A stretch of 64,000 nt of DNA from Octopus vulgaris (Eukaryota), in contig OX597834.1 in assembly GCA_951406725.2 (NCBI GenBank), forward strand, positions 28,830,001-28,894,000, in the 5' to 3' direction. Made by a program: the position numbers and the translations under genes. Below are positions 12,695 through 28,355 of this stretch, in pieces; positions within the stretch are counted from its first letter, which is position 1; each line of letters starts with the position of its first letter. Under the pieces are notes generated by a model, which worked only from the letters and a program-made list of their open reading frames with translations, was not told where the DNA came from and did not search any database.

Positions 12695-12697
<3 letters not shown>
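11888..12697. repeat. Polypyrimidine minisatellite (unit of about 60-90 bp: ctcccactctttcttcccc...cttgcttatttttcttcc)
   Basis: About 800 bp almost entirely C/T, with cttgcttattttt recurring. Confidence 0.9.
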
Positions 12698-14583
<1,886 letters not shown>

Positions 14584-14706
14584 AAAACAGCCGAAATCTG
14601 CGATGAGGAATCGGTTTCTGACTGAAGAACGAAGGCTTTGAATGACCCGTTTGTCTTTTATGTTCGTCCCTTCGTGTATTTCACGTTATTTATTTATGTA
14701 AAGGTT

Positions 14707-14753
<47 letters not shown>

Positions 14754-14900
14754 TGTTACCAAATATGCTTGAAGCATATTCGAACCCGTAAGGAAACCAT
14801 TTATTGTATTATGTCGAAGAGAAAATATCTCTCGCTGTAGATAAATAGGTTTAAATACAAGAAGTCAGCTCATGGTGACGTGACACCTAACCAGACAGTG

Positions 14901-14943
14901 GGCTATATGCATTTCGGAGTGATTATCTCCTCTTCAGTCGCAG
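14901..14943 (-). ncRNA. Minimal type I hammerhead-like motif with damaged helix I
   Basis: Minus strand: gcga-CTGAAGA-ggag ataatca ctcc-GAA-atgcat-A-tagc. Confidence 0.55.
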
Positions 14944-15030
14944 AGACCGGAAAGGAAAACACAACGAACCCCACACGGGAGACAGGTCCCTCTGACGATA
15001 TTCCCGTCACCGTTCAATGATTGGTTGCGC

Positions 15031-15081
<51 letters not shown>

Positions 15082-15375
15082 CAATAAGAAAATGGAGGGG
15101 ATCAATAGGTGGTTCATCAACTTTTAGACATTATATTATGTTAACTTAATGTCTAAAAGTTGATGGACCGCTTATTGATCTCCTCCATTTTCTTATTGCT
15201 GTATAAATTAATGGTAAAATATCTCTTTACTTTCACCCATTTATTACACTAGGTAATGTAATTGCAATGCAATGAAAAAAAAACTGTGTATGAATAATTG
15301 GGTATTCTACCAGCAGTATATTGGATAGATATTATCCCTTAGTGGGTTGGATTCCCAACCTCTAACTTTCTTGGA

Positions 15376-15492
<117 letters not shown>

Positions 15493-16115
15493 TTATAGAT
15501 AGATAGATAGATAGATAGATAGATGGATATTCTTCTGACAGCATGACAGCAGAATAAAACAGGGGCTGGTTAAAGAGTTTTTGTAACATCATGACTTATT
15601 AATATTACACGTATTTCACAGGCGAATAGTGGTACGTTATGTAATAAACATTATGTAAACTATTGCATAATAAGATTGAAACGCCAGATCTTCAGAGGAA
15701 TAATATAATTTGTTTCAGTTTTGCTTAACAGCATATTAATATCGCTGTTTGAAACGATCGTATGCTTGTATTAAAATTCTTCCAAATTTTAACATCTCTT
15801 CATTTTAAAAAAATTGTTGAGTTCTATGAGATAGCTTTCGATAAGTTCTCATAACACACCACATTGAAGTAATATTTTCATATTCGCAAAACTTAAGCTA
15901 TTTTGGAATCCTCCAAAGTAAAGGATGAAAAATAATTCAACCTTTTCACACACACATATATATATGTGTGTGTGTGTGTGTGAGTGTGTGTATGTATATA
16001 TATATACATAAGCATGTATGTATGTATGTGTGTGTGCGTGTATAGATATATGTTTATATGTATATATATCAACATATATATGTACACGCGTATACTACAT
16101 ACATACATACATACA

Positions 16116-16179
<64 letters not shown>

Positions 16180-16182
<3 letters not shown>

Positions 16183-16469
16183 TGGCGGACTGACCAGGCT
16201 GCTAGCTTACCCGATGGCAAGTGGGCCCTTGCGCCATTAGAATCCATATATGTGGAGGGGGCATGTTAGTATCTAAGGGGCCCATCCCCTCAAGTTTGAG
16301 AATTTTTTATTCAGTCCTGGAAGAATGCATCAATAATTTCAGCCTGGCTGCGTTTGCAAACAGTTTAAAAGAATGCTTTTAAGAAAAAAACATTAAATGA
16401 TAGCATAGTAGTTGCGGGTGGGCCCCCTTAGTCTCTTGGCAACCAATATTTTGAGACCCAGTCCGCCAC

Positions 16470-16470
<1 letters not shown>
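16180..16470. mobile_element. hAT-like MITE inserted in (TA)n
   Basis: TIRs cagtggcggactg / cagtccgccac. Confidence 0.75.
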
Positions 16471-16524
<54 letters not shown>

Positions 16525-16528
<4 letters not shown>

Positions 16529-16642
16529 CCTGCTCGCTTAGCCAGCAGGGTGGCGTCATTTAAAGGCTAAAACAATGCGAAGCGCATTGTGACCAGCAAT
16601 GTGTAGCAACATCTGATAGCCTGGTCGGTCATGATGATCACG

Positions 16643-16647
<5 letters not shown>
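16525..16647 (+). mobile_element. 5'-truncated SINE family C tail type b
   Basis: ttggcctgctcgcttagccagc...ggtcggtc...atcacggtga between (TA)n runs. Also at 45618-45720 (+) and 56668-56782 (-). Confidence 0.85.
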
Positions 16648-16715
<68 letters not shown>

Positions 16716-16859
16716 TCGCTGTGGTTTGGCAGATCCGTTTAACTCACGCTTTCATCAAACACATCGCAAGCCTGTAAAACGTCATAGAGTTGTGCCAGCT
16801 CAGCTATAGTCGGATCCTTTAAAACTAGCAAATACAATAAACGAATATTGGAATGTGTA

Positions 16860-16874
16860 TGTGTGTATATAAAT

Positions 16875-16941
<67 letters not shown>

Positions 16942-17677
16942 CATACATACATACATACATACATACATACATACATACATACATTTATACATACATACAT
17001 ATATATACATACATACACACATACATACATACATACATACATACATTTATACATACATAAATTCATACATACATTCATACATACATACATACATTTATAC
17101 ATACATACATGCATGCATACATGCATACATACATACATACATACATAAATTCATACATACATTCCTACATACATACATACATACATGCATACATGCATAC
17201 ATACATACATACACACATACATACATACATACATACATACATACATACATACATACATGCATACATACACACATACATACATACATACATACATACATAC
17301 ATACATACATACATACATACATACATACATACATACATACATACATACATACATGCATTCATACATACATGCATACATGCATACATACATACATACATAC
17401 ATACATACATACATACATACATACATACATACATACATACATACATACATACATACATACAGAGTGATATATCCTCACTGAGTGTAGGTCATAAACAGGA
17501 GAGAAAGAAATGGATTAACGAATGTAAATAGATTTGTGTAGCAAACAAACATTCTGTTGACAGACTAAATTTAGAGGGAGGCTGCTTCAGGAAGGAGAAA
17601 AACTAATAATAATAATAATAATAATAATATAGAATGCATTAGAGCATATGGACATTGTTGATATGACGCCATCTTGG

Positions 17678-17737
<60 letters not shown>

Positions 17738-17976
17738 GATATATAGATATATGTATATATGTGTGTGTATGTGTGTGTTTATCGATACATATGTATATAT
17801 ATATATGTGTGCTTGTGTATGCATGCATGCATATACCATATGCAAGCGCGCACACACATATATAAATACACACACACACACCCATGCACACATATATATG
17901 TACATGTATATAAATGCATATTCATATACACAGACTTGCATGTATATTCATGTGTCTACTTGGTCATATGTATATA

Positions 17977-18041
<65 letters not shown>

Positions 18042-18128
18042 GTATATATATATGTGTATATGTATATGTATATATATATGTGTGTGTGTATATATATGTA
18101 TATATATATATGTATATATATATATATG

Positions 18129-18161
<33 letters not shown>

Positions 18162-18180
18162 ACGAACGTACGTATGTATG
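16860..18180. repeat. (TACA)n/(TA)n/(TG)n microsatellite block
   Basis: Seen directly. Confidence 0.95.
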
Positions 18181-18539
18181 TGTACGCGTATTTAATCAGC
18201 ATTTCGAATATAAAACGTGCTTCAATGCAGAATTGCGAATAACGCACTGTGTATACATGTATATAATTGGGTTTTTTTCCAGTTATTTTATTGTTACAAA
18301 ACACAAGCGTTTGGTGTTTAGCAAACACCACAACCCTTTACTAGAATATTTGACAACAAACAACAACATTCGTTGAGAGTTACATTGTGTAATTTTAGAA
18401 AAGTGTTGCATATTTTTACTTTTCCGCCGATAGATTTTAATTTGTCAGGTGCGTCTTTTGCTGATCCCTTTCGTTGCCTGAAAAACCCAGATTTTCGAGA
18501 CTACTACAGAAACATTTAAGACCATAAGCATGTGCACCA

Positions 18540-19260
18540 ATGGCTATTGGTTCAATTGTTAATATGCGTTCAACAACATACAAGTAGTACTCAACTAGAG
18601 CTCGCATAGCCGTTTCAAACGTCAGGACTTACTATTACCGAGGGTTTTTACACATCTAAGAGTCCTTTACACATCTAAGACCGCAACCCAAAGATTAGTC
18701 CATCTCTATATGGCCAGAAGATATTCTAACTACTAACAGATGCTGACACTTGACACAGCTCAAGTAAGGTCCACAATAGACTATTGCTCCAATTTTTGGA
18801 ACGGTTGTGTTGCTACGTACCTTGACATCCTGGACCTCATCCAGAGAAGGGAACCCATTCGAATAACTGCGATTCAATCTGTAACGAGCATATACCGCTT
18901 CATGACCCGTAGGTATGCTGTCTCTTCTCTATCTTTTATATCACTACTATGATGATCTCTGTTCCTCAGAGCTGACAGCTCTTGTGTCTCCAACAATCAG
19001 GCACACCCGCCCTAGCTGACTTTACACCTCTCGCCACATTCTGTGCGTCCACCCCACTCGTTGCCGCACTAACCATTATGTCCAGTTCTTTGTTGGGCCA
19101 TGTCAATGACATGTATAAAGCTGAAATGAATCTCACGTTCTCACTAGCCACAGGTGGGACGAATTTTCGCCTCCCTGTGATATATATTGTGTTTTTATAC
19201 ACTGCATGTCCATTAGAGACTTTACCTCTACCGTACCTGTGATACATGAGTATGAAGGTG
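18540..19260 (+). mobile_element. Degraded CR1-group LINE, C-terminal region of the RT ORF
   Basis: AQVRSTIDYCSNFWNG...LDLIQRR...RRYAVSSLS resembles the YKAQVRPxxEYCSHxW...LDRxQxR motif; frameshifted. Confidence 0.7.
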
Positions 19261-19528
19261 AGGAACTCTCAAGAGAGCTGAGCAACAGGCAGTCTTCAAA
19301 GAAGAACCTCCCTTAGGCAAGTATTTCGGCCCTTAACTTCTAGGGAGTTAGATAAAGGACAATATTAAAATGGCGTACATTGGATATGTGTGTGTGAATG
19401 TATTTGTATATAAGTGTGTGAGTCAATATATATAATTATGTATATGCATATATGTATGTAAATATACATACATATATATATATATATATGTGTATATATA
19501 TATATAATGTAAGTATATATAAATATAA

Positions 19529-19650
<122 letters not shown>

Positions 19651-19963
19651 GTGTGTGTGTATGTGTGTGTCATGTGTGTGTGTGAGCTTTCTACTTTTTC
19701 ATTTGATTAATTCTGTATTTTTTCAGTCTTCTTGTTTAAGTAGAGTGAATTATGGCGTCTGTAAATGATGGGCCAACTTCTGTAAGCCACTTGGGGAGAA
19801 GTCGTGTTACAGATGTGTGCGCGTGTTTCTACGTGTCTGTATGTGTGTCTATGTGTCTGAACTTGACTGTGAGTGTGTCTATATGTATATGAATCCACCC
19901 TCACACATACCCATACGCACATATAGACACAGAGAGAGGGAAAGAGATAGATAGATAGAGAGA

Positions 19964-20107
<144 letters not shown>

Positions 20108-20111
20108 GAAT

Positions 20112-20181
<70 letters not shown>

Positions 20182-20185
20182 GAAT

Positions 20186-20259
<74 letters not shown>

Positions 20260-20368
20260 ACAATTGTGTAGAAGAGAAGCAATTAGCTAGATTGCAATAA
20301 AATATATGGCCATATGTTTGTCTTGGTTGATTTATTACATTCCACGTGTAGACTTATCTCTGTGTGTG

Positions 20369-20401
<33 letters not shown>

Positions 20402-20492
20402 GTCTGTGCGCGCGTGTGTGTGTGTGTGTGTGTGTGTGTGTCTGTGCGCGCGTGTGTGTGTGTGTGTGTGTGTGCATGTGTGTGTATGTATG

Positions 20493-20575
<83 letters not shown>

Positions 20576-21089
20576 TATCTACGTATATGATGGTGGCTAA
20601 CTCATGATAGCTGTCTCACACCCAGCTGGAATGTTCTGATTTACTTTATTTTCATCCCTACACATTCGCGGAGTGCCTCGCATCCGTTCATCCGTCGCCA
20701 TAAGATTTTTAATAAAATACGAAACGGACCTGGAAGTGGAATGAATAGTGAGGCATCTGTACGTCATTGGATTTAAGTGGCAAAAAGCTTGTACAACACT
20801 TTCACCAGTCTCTCTGTCGCCATTTTGTAGTTACTAGTGACAAACATTGCAACATGGATTGAGTTATTTTGACAGCAAGCTTTACGGCAGAGTATCTTTT
20901 TTCCTAGAAGAGCTGCCATATCCTCGTGACTTTGTCAGAAATAACGAGAACCTCGTCTACTCCCGAGAAATCTGTTTAAACCATAGATAGGACCCTGATA
21001 TGCGGGTCCTATCTATGCATTGACTGCGGCCATGCTGGGGTACCGCCTTGAAAAATTTGTTTTAGTTGAATGAATCGACTCCATTACTT

Positions 21090-21490
21090 ACTTTTTTGTC
21101 AAGGGTCGTTCTTCGTCAATCGGTCCCAGGGAGTTTAAAATAGCAGTATCCTCTAGCAGTATCGTCTTGCAACGGCCACCACCGATGCTGGTAGGTGACA
21201 GGCCATTGACTATAGATCGGATAGCTAACGCCATTAGCGTATCTTGTGAAAGAGTTGAGAATATTCTGCATCATGAACTTGGCATGACGAAGGTTTCTGC
21301 TTGGTGGCTGTCACGTCGTCTAACACCTGATCAAAAGCGCTCAGAAAAATCTGATATTGTTTGAGGCAAATCCAGCTGGCTTCCTTGAACGTTTTCTAAC
21401 CAAGAGACAAAAAGACAACCCATGCGGTGGAAAGATCAGGACACTGCTCTGGCACACAAGTCTTTGGTTTCAATGGCTGCCGTGCACGGA
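21090..21490 (+). mobile_element. Mariner internal fragment (same family as 58790-59909)
   Basis: DRPLTIDRIANAISVSCERVENILHHELGMTKVSAWWLSRRLTPDQK (WVPR-like motif); shared tgcaacggccaccaccga. Confidence 0.8.
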
Positions 21491-21555
21491 ACTCTACGCA
21501 ATTGGGTCATATATTTATATATCTTTACAGCTAGTATATATATATAAATAGATAT

Positions 21556-21595
<40 letters not shown>

Positions 21596-21779
21596 TAGCT
21601 GTAAAGATATATAAATATATGACCCAATAGCATATAGGGAGGGAGGGACAGACAGATATGGAGAGATCGAAATGACTGAAAATAATACCTGTATCGACTT
21701 CACCTGTACTATCTCATGTCACCATATCTACTATGAAGGGATAATTCCACTGATATCTGTTAGTATCTACAGGAACACC

Positions 21780-22023
21780 ATGAATATCACCATCACCACC
21801 CGTATCATCATCATCATCATCATCACCACCACCACAACCACCACCACCACAACCACCTCCACCACCACCACTACCACCACCACCGCCACCACCCCTACCA
21901 CCACCACCGCAATATCTTTACATCCTCCGGCATCGCCACCATCACGACCTGCACAATCAGTGTCACCAACAATCCTCAGTGTCAATACAAGCAGCTTCAC
22001 ACACACGGTTGCTAAGAGGAAGA

Positions 22024-22068
<45 letters not shown>

Positions 22069-22170
22069 AAACAGGAGAAAAGGGAAGAGGGGGAAATCGA
22101 AAAGAGGAAAGGAAAGAGAAAATGATGATGATGATGATGATGATGATGGTGATGGTGGTGGTGGTGGTGG

Positions 22171-22219
<49 letters not shown>

Positions 22220-22242
22220 GGTGATGATGATGATGGTGGTGA

Positions 22243-22281
<39 letters not shown>

Positions 22282-22302
22282 TGGTGGTGGTGGTGGTGGT
22301 GG

Positions 22303-22336
<34 letters not shown>

Positions 22337-22720
22337 GGTGGTGGTGGTGATGATGATGATGGTGGTGATGATGATGATGATGGTGGTGATGGTGATGGTG
22401 ATGATGATGACGATGACGATAGTGATGATGATGATGATGATGAGGAGGAGGAGGAGAATATGATCACTATGACGATGATGAAGAAGAAAAAGAAGGAAAA
22501 GAAGAAAACGAAGGAAGAGGAGGAGAAGAGGGGAAACTGATGGTTTTGGTAGTAGTGGTGGTGGTGGTTGTGACAGTCGTGATGATGGCGTTGTTACTGG
22601 TGGCAGCGGTAGTTGTAGTAGTAGTAGTAGTGGTATTGGTGATAGTCGTGGTTATGGTGTTGTTGTTAGTAGTAATAGTGGTGATGGTGGCGGTGGTGGT
22701 GGTGGTGTTGCGGGGGGGGG
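21780..22720. repeat. (CAC/CAT), (GA) and (GAT/GGT) compound microsatellites
   Basis: Seen directly. Confidence 0.9.
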
Positions 22721-22920
22721 GGTAATACAGGTGGTTTGAGCTGAGTGGTGGAAGTGGTGGAATGCAAGACAGAAACTTAGTAACTATAGTAACGGTTTCT
22801 TAATTATTAGATTTGGTGAGAGAAAAAAAAAAATACTTTTCATGTTTTTTTTTTGTTTTTTTTTTAAATTTGGTGAATTTGAAATAATCACGACTTTCAT
22901 TGCCACGTAAAAAACAACAA

Positions 22921-22951
<31 letters not shown>

Positions 22952-23032
22952 GAGACGACTGAACCTGTATGTGGTCTCCCAAGTTACTAGAAATGTCAGT
23001 CTAATATCCCTTAAATCACATTTGAAGAAGGC

Positions 23033-23443
23033 ACACTCTTTACTCTTTACTCTTTTACTTGTTTCAGTCATTTGACTGCGGCCATGCTGGAGCACCGCCT
23101 TTAGTCGAGCAAATCGACCCCGGGACTTATTCTTTTTGTAAGCCCAGTACTTATTCTATCGGTCTCTTTTGCCGAACTGCTAAGTGACGGGGACGTAAAC
23201 ACACCAGCATCGGTTGTCAAGCGATGTGGGGGGGGGGACAAACACAGACACACAAACACACATATGCATATATATATACATATATACGACGGGCTTCTTT
23301 CAGTTTCCGTCTACCAAATCCACTCACAAGGCATCGGTCGGCCCGAGGCTATAGCAGAAGACACTTGCCCAAGGTGCCACGCAGTGGGACTGAACCCAGA
23401 ACCATGTGGTTGGTAAACAAGCTACTTACCACACAGCCACTCC
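23033..23443 (-). mobile_element. SINE family B, near full length
   Basis: Matches 4637-5055. Confidence 0.9.
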
Positions 23444-23570
23444 CACACTGTTTAATGTCCTGCTCTTAATTCCTCCCGTCCCGTCGGTTTTCATATCCGG
23501 CAACAAGACGTCTCCAACAATCCTGGTTTTGAGCATAATCACCTGTATTCTCCAACAGGATGCTCAATTA

Positions 23571-24136
23571 TTGGGTTGTCCGGAAAGTTCGTGCCGATTT
23601 TTAAACGAAAGAAAAAGGTCAATAAATACTTGCCATTACATTTTTAATCAACCAAATATGAACCATTTTGTTGCACAATGCGTCTCCATCTTTCCTTTAA
23701 CTTGAAAATAGCCTCTTCCCAGAATTGAAGTGGTTTCATGGCAAAGAATTCATCAGGGTATCTTTTTACGTCATCCAAGGAATTGAAATTTTTACCGTTA
23801 AGACTATTCTGCAGAGACCTAAATAAGTGGGAATCCGAAGGAGCAATATCTGGTAAATATGAAGGGTGGGGTAACACATCCCAGCCGAGCTGCAACAATT
23901 TTTGTCTGGTTCCCAAAGCATCAAGTGCCGAAAATGAACTTTCTTATCTTCCATTTTAAAGAGTTACAGAATTAACACAGGTTATAGGAATATAAACCTT
24001 CTTCCACGAAAAGATAGCTTAAACTGTGCTCTAAATGGAGGTGTAGTAAAATTCTATTTAATGGACACAACCATGTTCTAAAATAAGTCGAAAGGTAAGC
24101 TACTATAAATCGGCACGAACCTTCCGGACAACCCAA
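23571..24136 (-). mobile_element. Internally deleted mariner (Hsmar1/cecropia-like) with both TIRs
   Basis: TA|ttgggttgtccggaaagttcgtgccgattt ... aaatcggcacgaaccttccggacaacccaa|TA. N-terminus MEDKKVHFRHLML is fused to the C-terminal HPSYLPDIAPSDSHLFRSLQN region. Confidence 0.92.
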
Positions 24137-24146
24137 TACTTTAGAT

Positions 24147-24396
24147 TGATGGTTCTCAACTATATTTTGTCTGTGGACCCCTTTGATTCCTATTTTACTC
24201 AGGTGGACCCCCATAAACATTCAGTGTTTTGACAAGCCCTATTTTTATAATTAAATATTATTAGAAATTGTATGAAAAAAATTATTAAAGTATTTTGTGT
24301 ATTATACAAATATAAGCAATTTATTGCACAAAACTTTTACCCACAAATTCTTATGTTGACCCCCAAGGCTATATGGACCCTGGATGAAGACCACTG
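24147..24396. mobile_element. hAT-like MITE (tggttctcaa / accactg family)
   Basis: Degenerate TIRs and tggacccc subrepeats; related to 24620-24967 and 57213-57754. Confidence 0.65.
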
Positions 24397-24399
24397 CTT

Positions 24400-25440
24400 T
24401 AGATCTTCTTTGAAGGTGATGTGCCATGTCTTCTTGGGTCTCCCTATCTTCTTTCTTCCCTCTGACAGTACCCAGTATACAGCTGTCTTGAATATTCGTT
24501 CTCCTGTCAGTAGGGAAATACGACAGCAACTCTCACTATTCTTTCTTGTCCCAATCTCCTGCAAGCTGCGCAGATTGGCTTTTCTCAAGACTTCAGAGTT
24601 TGTGATTCTGTCCCCGAAGGCCAGTAATTTTCAATCATTTTGGGGTTTTTTTTCTTTTTTGTATTTGTGGATCCCCTTGACTAATATTCTATTCAGGTGA
24701 ACCCCTATAGCTATATGATATTTAAAATCTAGCTTTATAGATATTTCTTTTAAAATTCCTATTTTGCTTTTCATACATAAACATGTGTGGGTTGAACGAC
24801 TCGTATGTATAATGTTAGAAAAAAAGAACCTAGCTGATTCTTGCAATAAAGATATCTGAATCAAAATTTTTCATGGACCCTTAAAATATTACAGCAGAAC
24901 CCCAAAACCCCAAAAATCTTACATGGACCATCAGGTGTCATAGGGACCTTAGTTGAAAGCCACTACTGTAGGTGATCGTGATCTTGAGTATTCTTCATAG
25001 AGACCATTGGTAGGATGCATTCAACCGTTGAGTAATCTCGGCAGTCATTTTTCAAGTTTCTCGACATAGATTGCTGTTGCCAAGACAACGCTGTAGCCCA
25101 GCCGGATCTTCTTACGGTTGCTAATCAAAGCGATGGCTCAGGTCCGGCTCGTTCCTCTCAACCCTGCTCGATTCTGGAGTTGATACGTGCTTCAGTACCC
25201 TCTTAGTAGCAATAATGCTGTCCAGGTAGGTGTTCTTGATTCACAAGGATTTACGTGTCTTACCCACTGTTCTGCGCCACCTTGTCTTTCTCAGAGCTGA
25301 TCCTTAGGCCTACCTTTACCGCTTCTTCAGCCACTTTGGCTGTCTTGCTGAGTGTGATTCTGCTATGAGCACAATATCATCAGCATTGTTCAAATCCGCT
25401 GGGCATCTGCCTACAGTCTGCTATATTTCGGCAGATGGTT
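24400..25440 (-). mobile_element. Degraded RTE-clade LINE (RT and C-terminus) interrupted by a hAT-like MITE (about 24620-24967)
   Basis: ADDIVL RT motif near 25370-25385; GRKKIGRPKKTW C-terminal motif near 24425-24460. Confidence 0.75.
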
Positions 25441-25467
25441 CGTTATTTAATGTATTCCTATGCATAT

Positions 25468-26180
25468 TGGATGGCTGGCTGGATGGCTGGATGGATGGAT
25501 AGATGGATGGATGATGGATGGATGGATGGATGGATGGATGATGGATGGATGGATGGAAGGACAGATGGGTGGATGGATGGATGGAAGGACAGATGGATGG
25601 ATAGATGGATGGATGGATGGATGGATGGAAGGACAGATGGATGGATAGATGGATGGATGGATGGATGGATGGATGGATGGATCGATGGATGGATGGATGG
25701 ATGGATGGATGGATGGACAGATGGATGGATGGATGGATGGAAGGACAGATGGATGGATAGATGGATGGATGGATGGATGGATGGATGGATGGATGGATGG
25801 ATGGATGGATGGATGGATGGAAGGACAGATGGATGGATAGATGGATGGATGGATGGATCGATGGATGGATCGATGGATGGAAGGACAGATGGATCGATGG
25901 ATCGATGGATCGATGGATGGATGGATGGCTGGCTGGCTGACTGGCTGGCTGGCTGGATGGATGGATGGATGGATGGATGATGGATGGATGGATGGATGGA
26001 TGGATGGATGGATGGATGGATGGATGGATGGATGGATGGAAGGACAGATGGATGGATAGATGGATGGATGGATGGATGAATGGATGGATGGATGGATGGG
26101 TGGATGGATGGATGGGTGGATGGATGGATGGATGAATGGATGGATGGATGGAAGGATGGATGGATGATAAAAGATGGAAT
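25468..26180. repeat. (GGAT)n microsatellite with a higher-order ggaaggacagat variant
   Basis: Seen directly. Confidence 0.95.
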
Positions 26181-26329
26181 GGGCGTGACTGGAATGTCTT
26201 ATAATCATAGGTTTATATAATCAAGGATGTCCTGGGCTGGCCAACAACAACAACAACAAGAACAGTTACAACAATTCCATGCACAACTACAACAACCATC
26301 GATTGCAATAACAGGAACAATAAATGTCA

Positions 26330-26480
26330 GAAGAAGCGGGCGTGGCAGTTTACTTCCCAACTACACGGTTCCGGGTTCGGTCCCACTGCGTGGCATCTTG
26401 GGCAAGTGTCTTCTACTGAAGCCTCGAGCCGACCAAACCCTTGTGAGTTGGTCTGATAAACAGAAACTGAAAGCAGCCCG

Positions 26481-26548
<68 letters not shown>

Positions 26549-26760
26549 TGCGTCTTAGCAGTTGTACCCCACCACCGTTTGACAATTGATGCTGGTTTGT
26601 TCACGTTACCGTAACTTAGCGGTTCGGCAAAAGAACCGATAGACTAAATAGCAGACTTTAAAATAAAATAAGTTCTGGAGCCGATTCGTTCGTCTAAAGT
26701 CCATCGAGGCAGTGCCCCAGTATGGCCGTAGTGTAATAAGTGAAACAAGTAAAAAGATAG
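26330..26760 (+). mobile_element. SINE family B, diverged
   Basis: ggttccgggttcggtcccactgcgtggcatcttgggcaagtg ... tgaaacaagtaaaa. Confidence 0.85.
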
Positions 26761-26875
26761 AAGATACGGGGGGAACAATAACAACAACAGCAACAACAAC
26801 AACTACAATAACAAAAACTCAACAGAACCGATTGCAGGAATTGCAGCACCAGGAGCAGCAGCAACAGATGACGAC

Positions 26876-26922
<47 letters not shown>

Positions 26923-27032
26923 CGACGACGACGATGGTGATGATGATGATGATGATGTTGATGGTGGTGATGGTGATGGTGATGGTTATGATTATGCTGA
27001 TGATGATGATGTTGATGGTGGTGATGTGATGG

Positions 27033-27076
<44 letters not shown>

Positions 27077-27819
27077 GTGGTGGTGATGATGATGATGATG
27101 ACGATGATGGTGATGGTGATGATGATGATGTTGATGATGATGGTGATGGTGATGATGATGATGACGATGATGGTGATGGTGATGATGATGATGTTGATGA
27201 TGATGGTGATGGTGATGATGATGATGACGATGATGGTGATGGTGATGATGATGATGGTGGTGGTGGTGATTCTGGAGTTGATACGTGCTTCAGTACCCTC
27301 TTAGTAGCAATAATGCTGCCCAGGTAGGTGTTCTTGATTCACAAGAACAACAACAAGAACAAGAACAACAAGAACAACAACAACAACAACAACAGCAGCA
27401 GCAATATCAACAACAACAACAACAACAGCAACAACAACATCAATAACAATCAAAAATACGATATCCGTGACTGCAAACAACGACGACGACGACGACGACG
27501 ACGACACTAAGAACTGATAATAACAATCACAACAGCAACAGCAACAACAAAAAGAAGACGAATGGTAAGAGCTGACAACCAAATACATTGAGACGTAAAC
27601 CGAAGTGTTATGTGTGCGAGTCTTGCCTGAAGACATCACATTTGCAAAAAGGAAAAAAAAAAAGAAAAAGAAACGGCTTCTGTAGAACGCTGTGGCAGTA
27701 GTAGTAGTAGTAGTAGCTGGTGGTGGTGGTGGTGGTGACGGTGGTGTTGATTTCGTGATTTTTGTACATCTAGTAGTGTAAGATGAAGTTTTGTTTTCTT
27801 TTTAAAAAAGCATTGAAAT

Positions 27820-28084
27820 ATTATCATTATCATTATTATTATTATTATCATTATTATCATTATTATCATTATTATTATTATTATTATCATTATCATCATT
27901 ATCATCATTATTATTATTATTATCATTATTATTATTATCATTATTATTATTATTATTATTATCATTATTATCATTATTATTATTATTATTATCATTATTA
28001 TTATTATCATTATTATTATCATTATTATTATTATCATTATTATTATTATTATTATTATTATCATTATTATCATTATTATTATTA

Positions 28085-28127
<43 letters not shown>

Positions 28128-28324
28128 CATTATTATCATTATTATCATTATCATTATTATCATTATTATCATTATTATTATTATTATTATTATCATTATC
28201 ATCATTATTATTATTATTATCATTATTATCATTATTATCATTATTATTATCATTATTATTATTATCATTATTATTATTATTATTATTATTATCATTATTA
28301 TTATTATTATCATTATTATTATTA

Positions 28325-28355
<31 letters not shown>

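Noticed and set aside
14590-14700. ctgaaga-containing repeat (paralog at 56490-56660)
   Set aside because: A real repeat fragment, but too degenerate to call a ribozyme.
25435-26208. MDGW-repeat ORFs superficially like Met/Asp-rich reflectin repeats
   Set aside because: Pure (GGAT)n tetranucleotide repeat with no reflectin motif and no synonymous variation.
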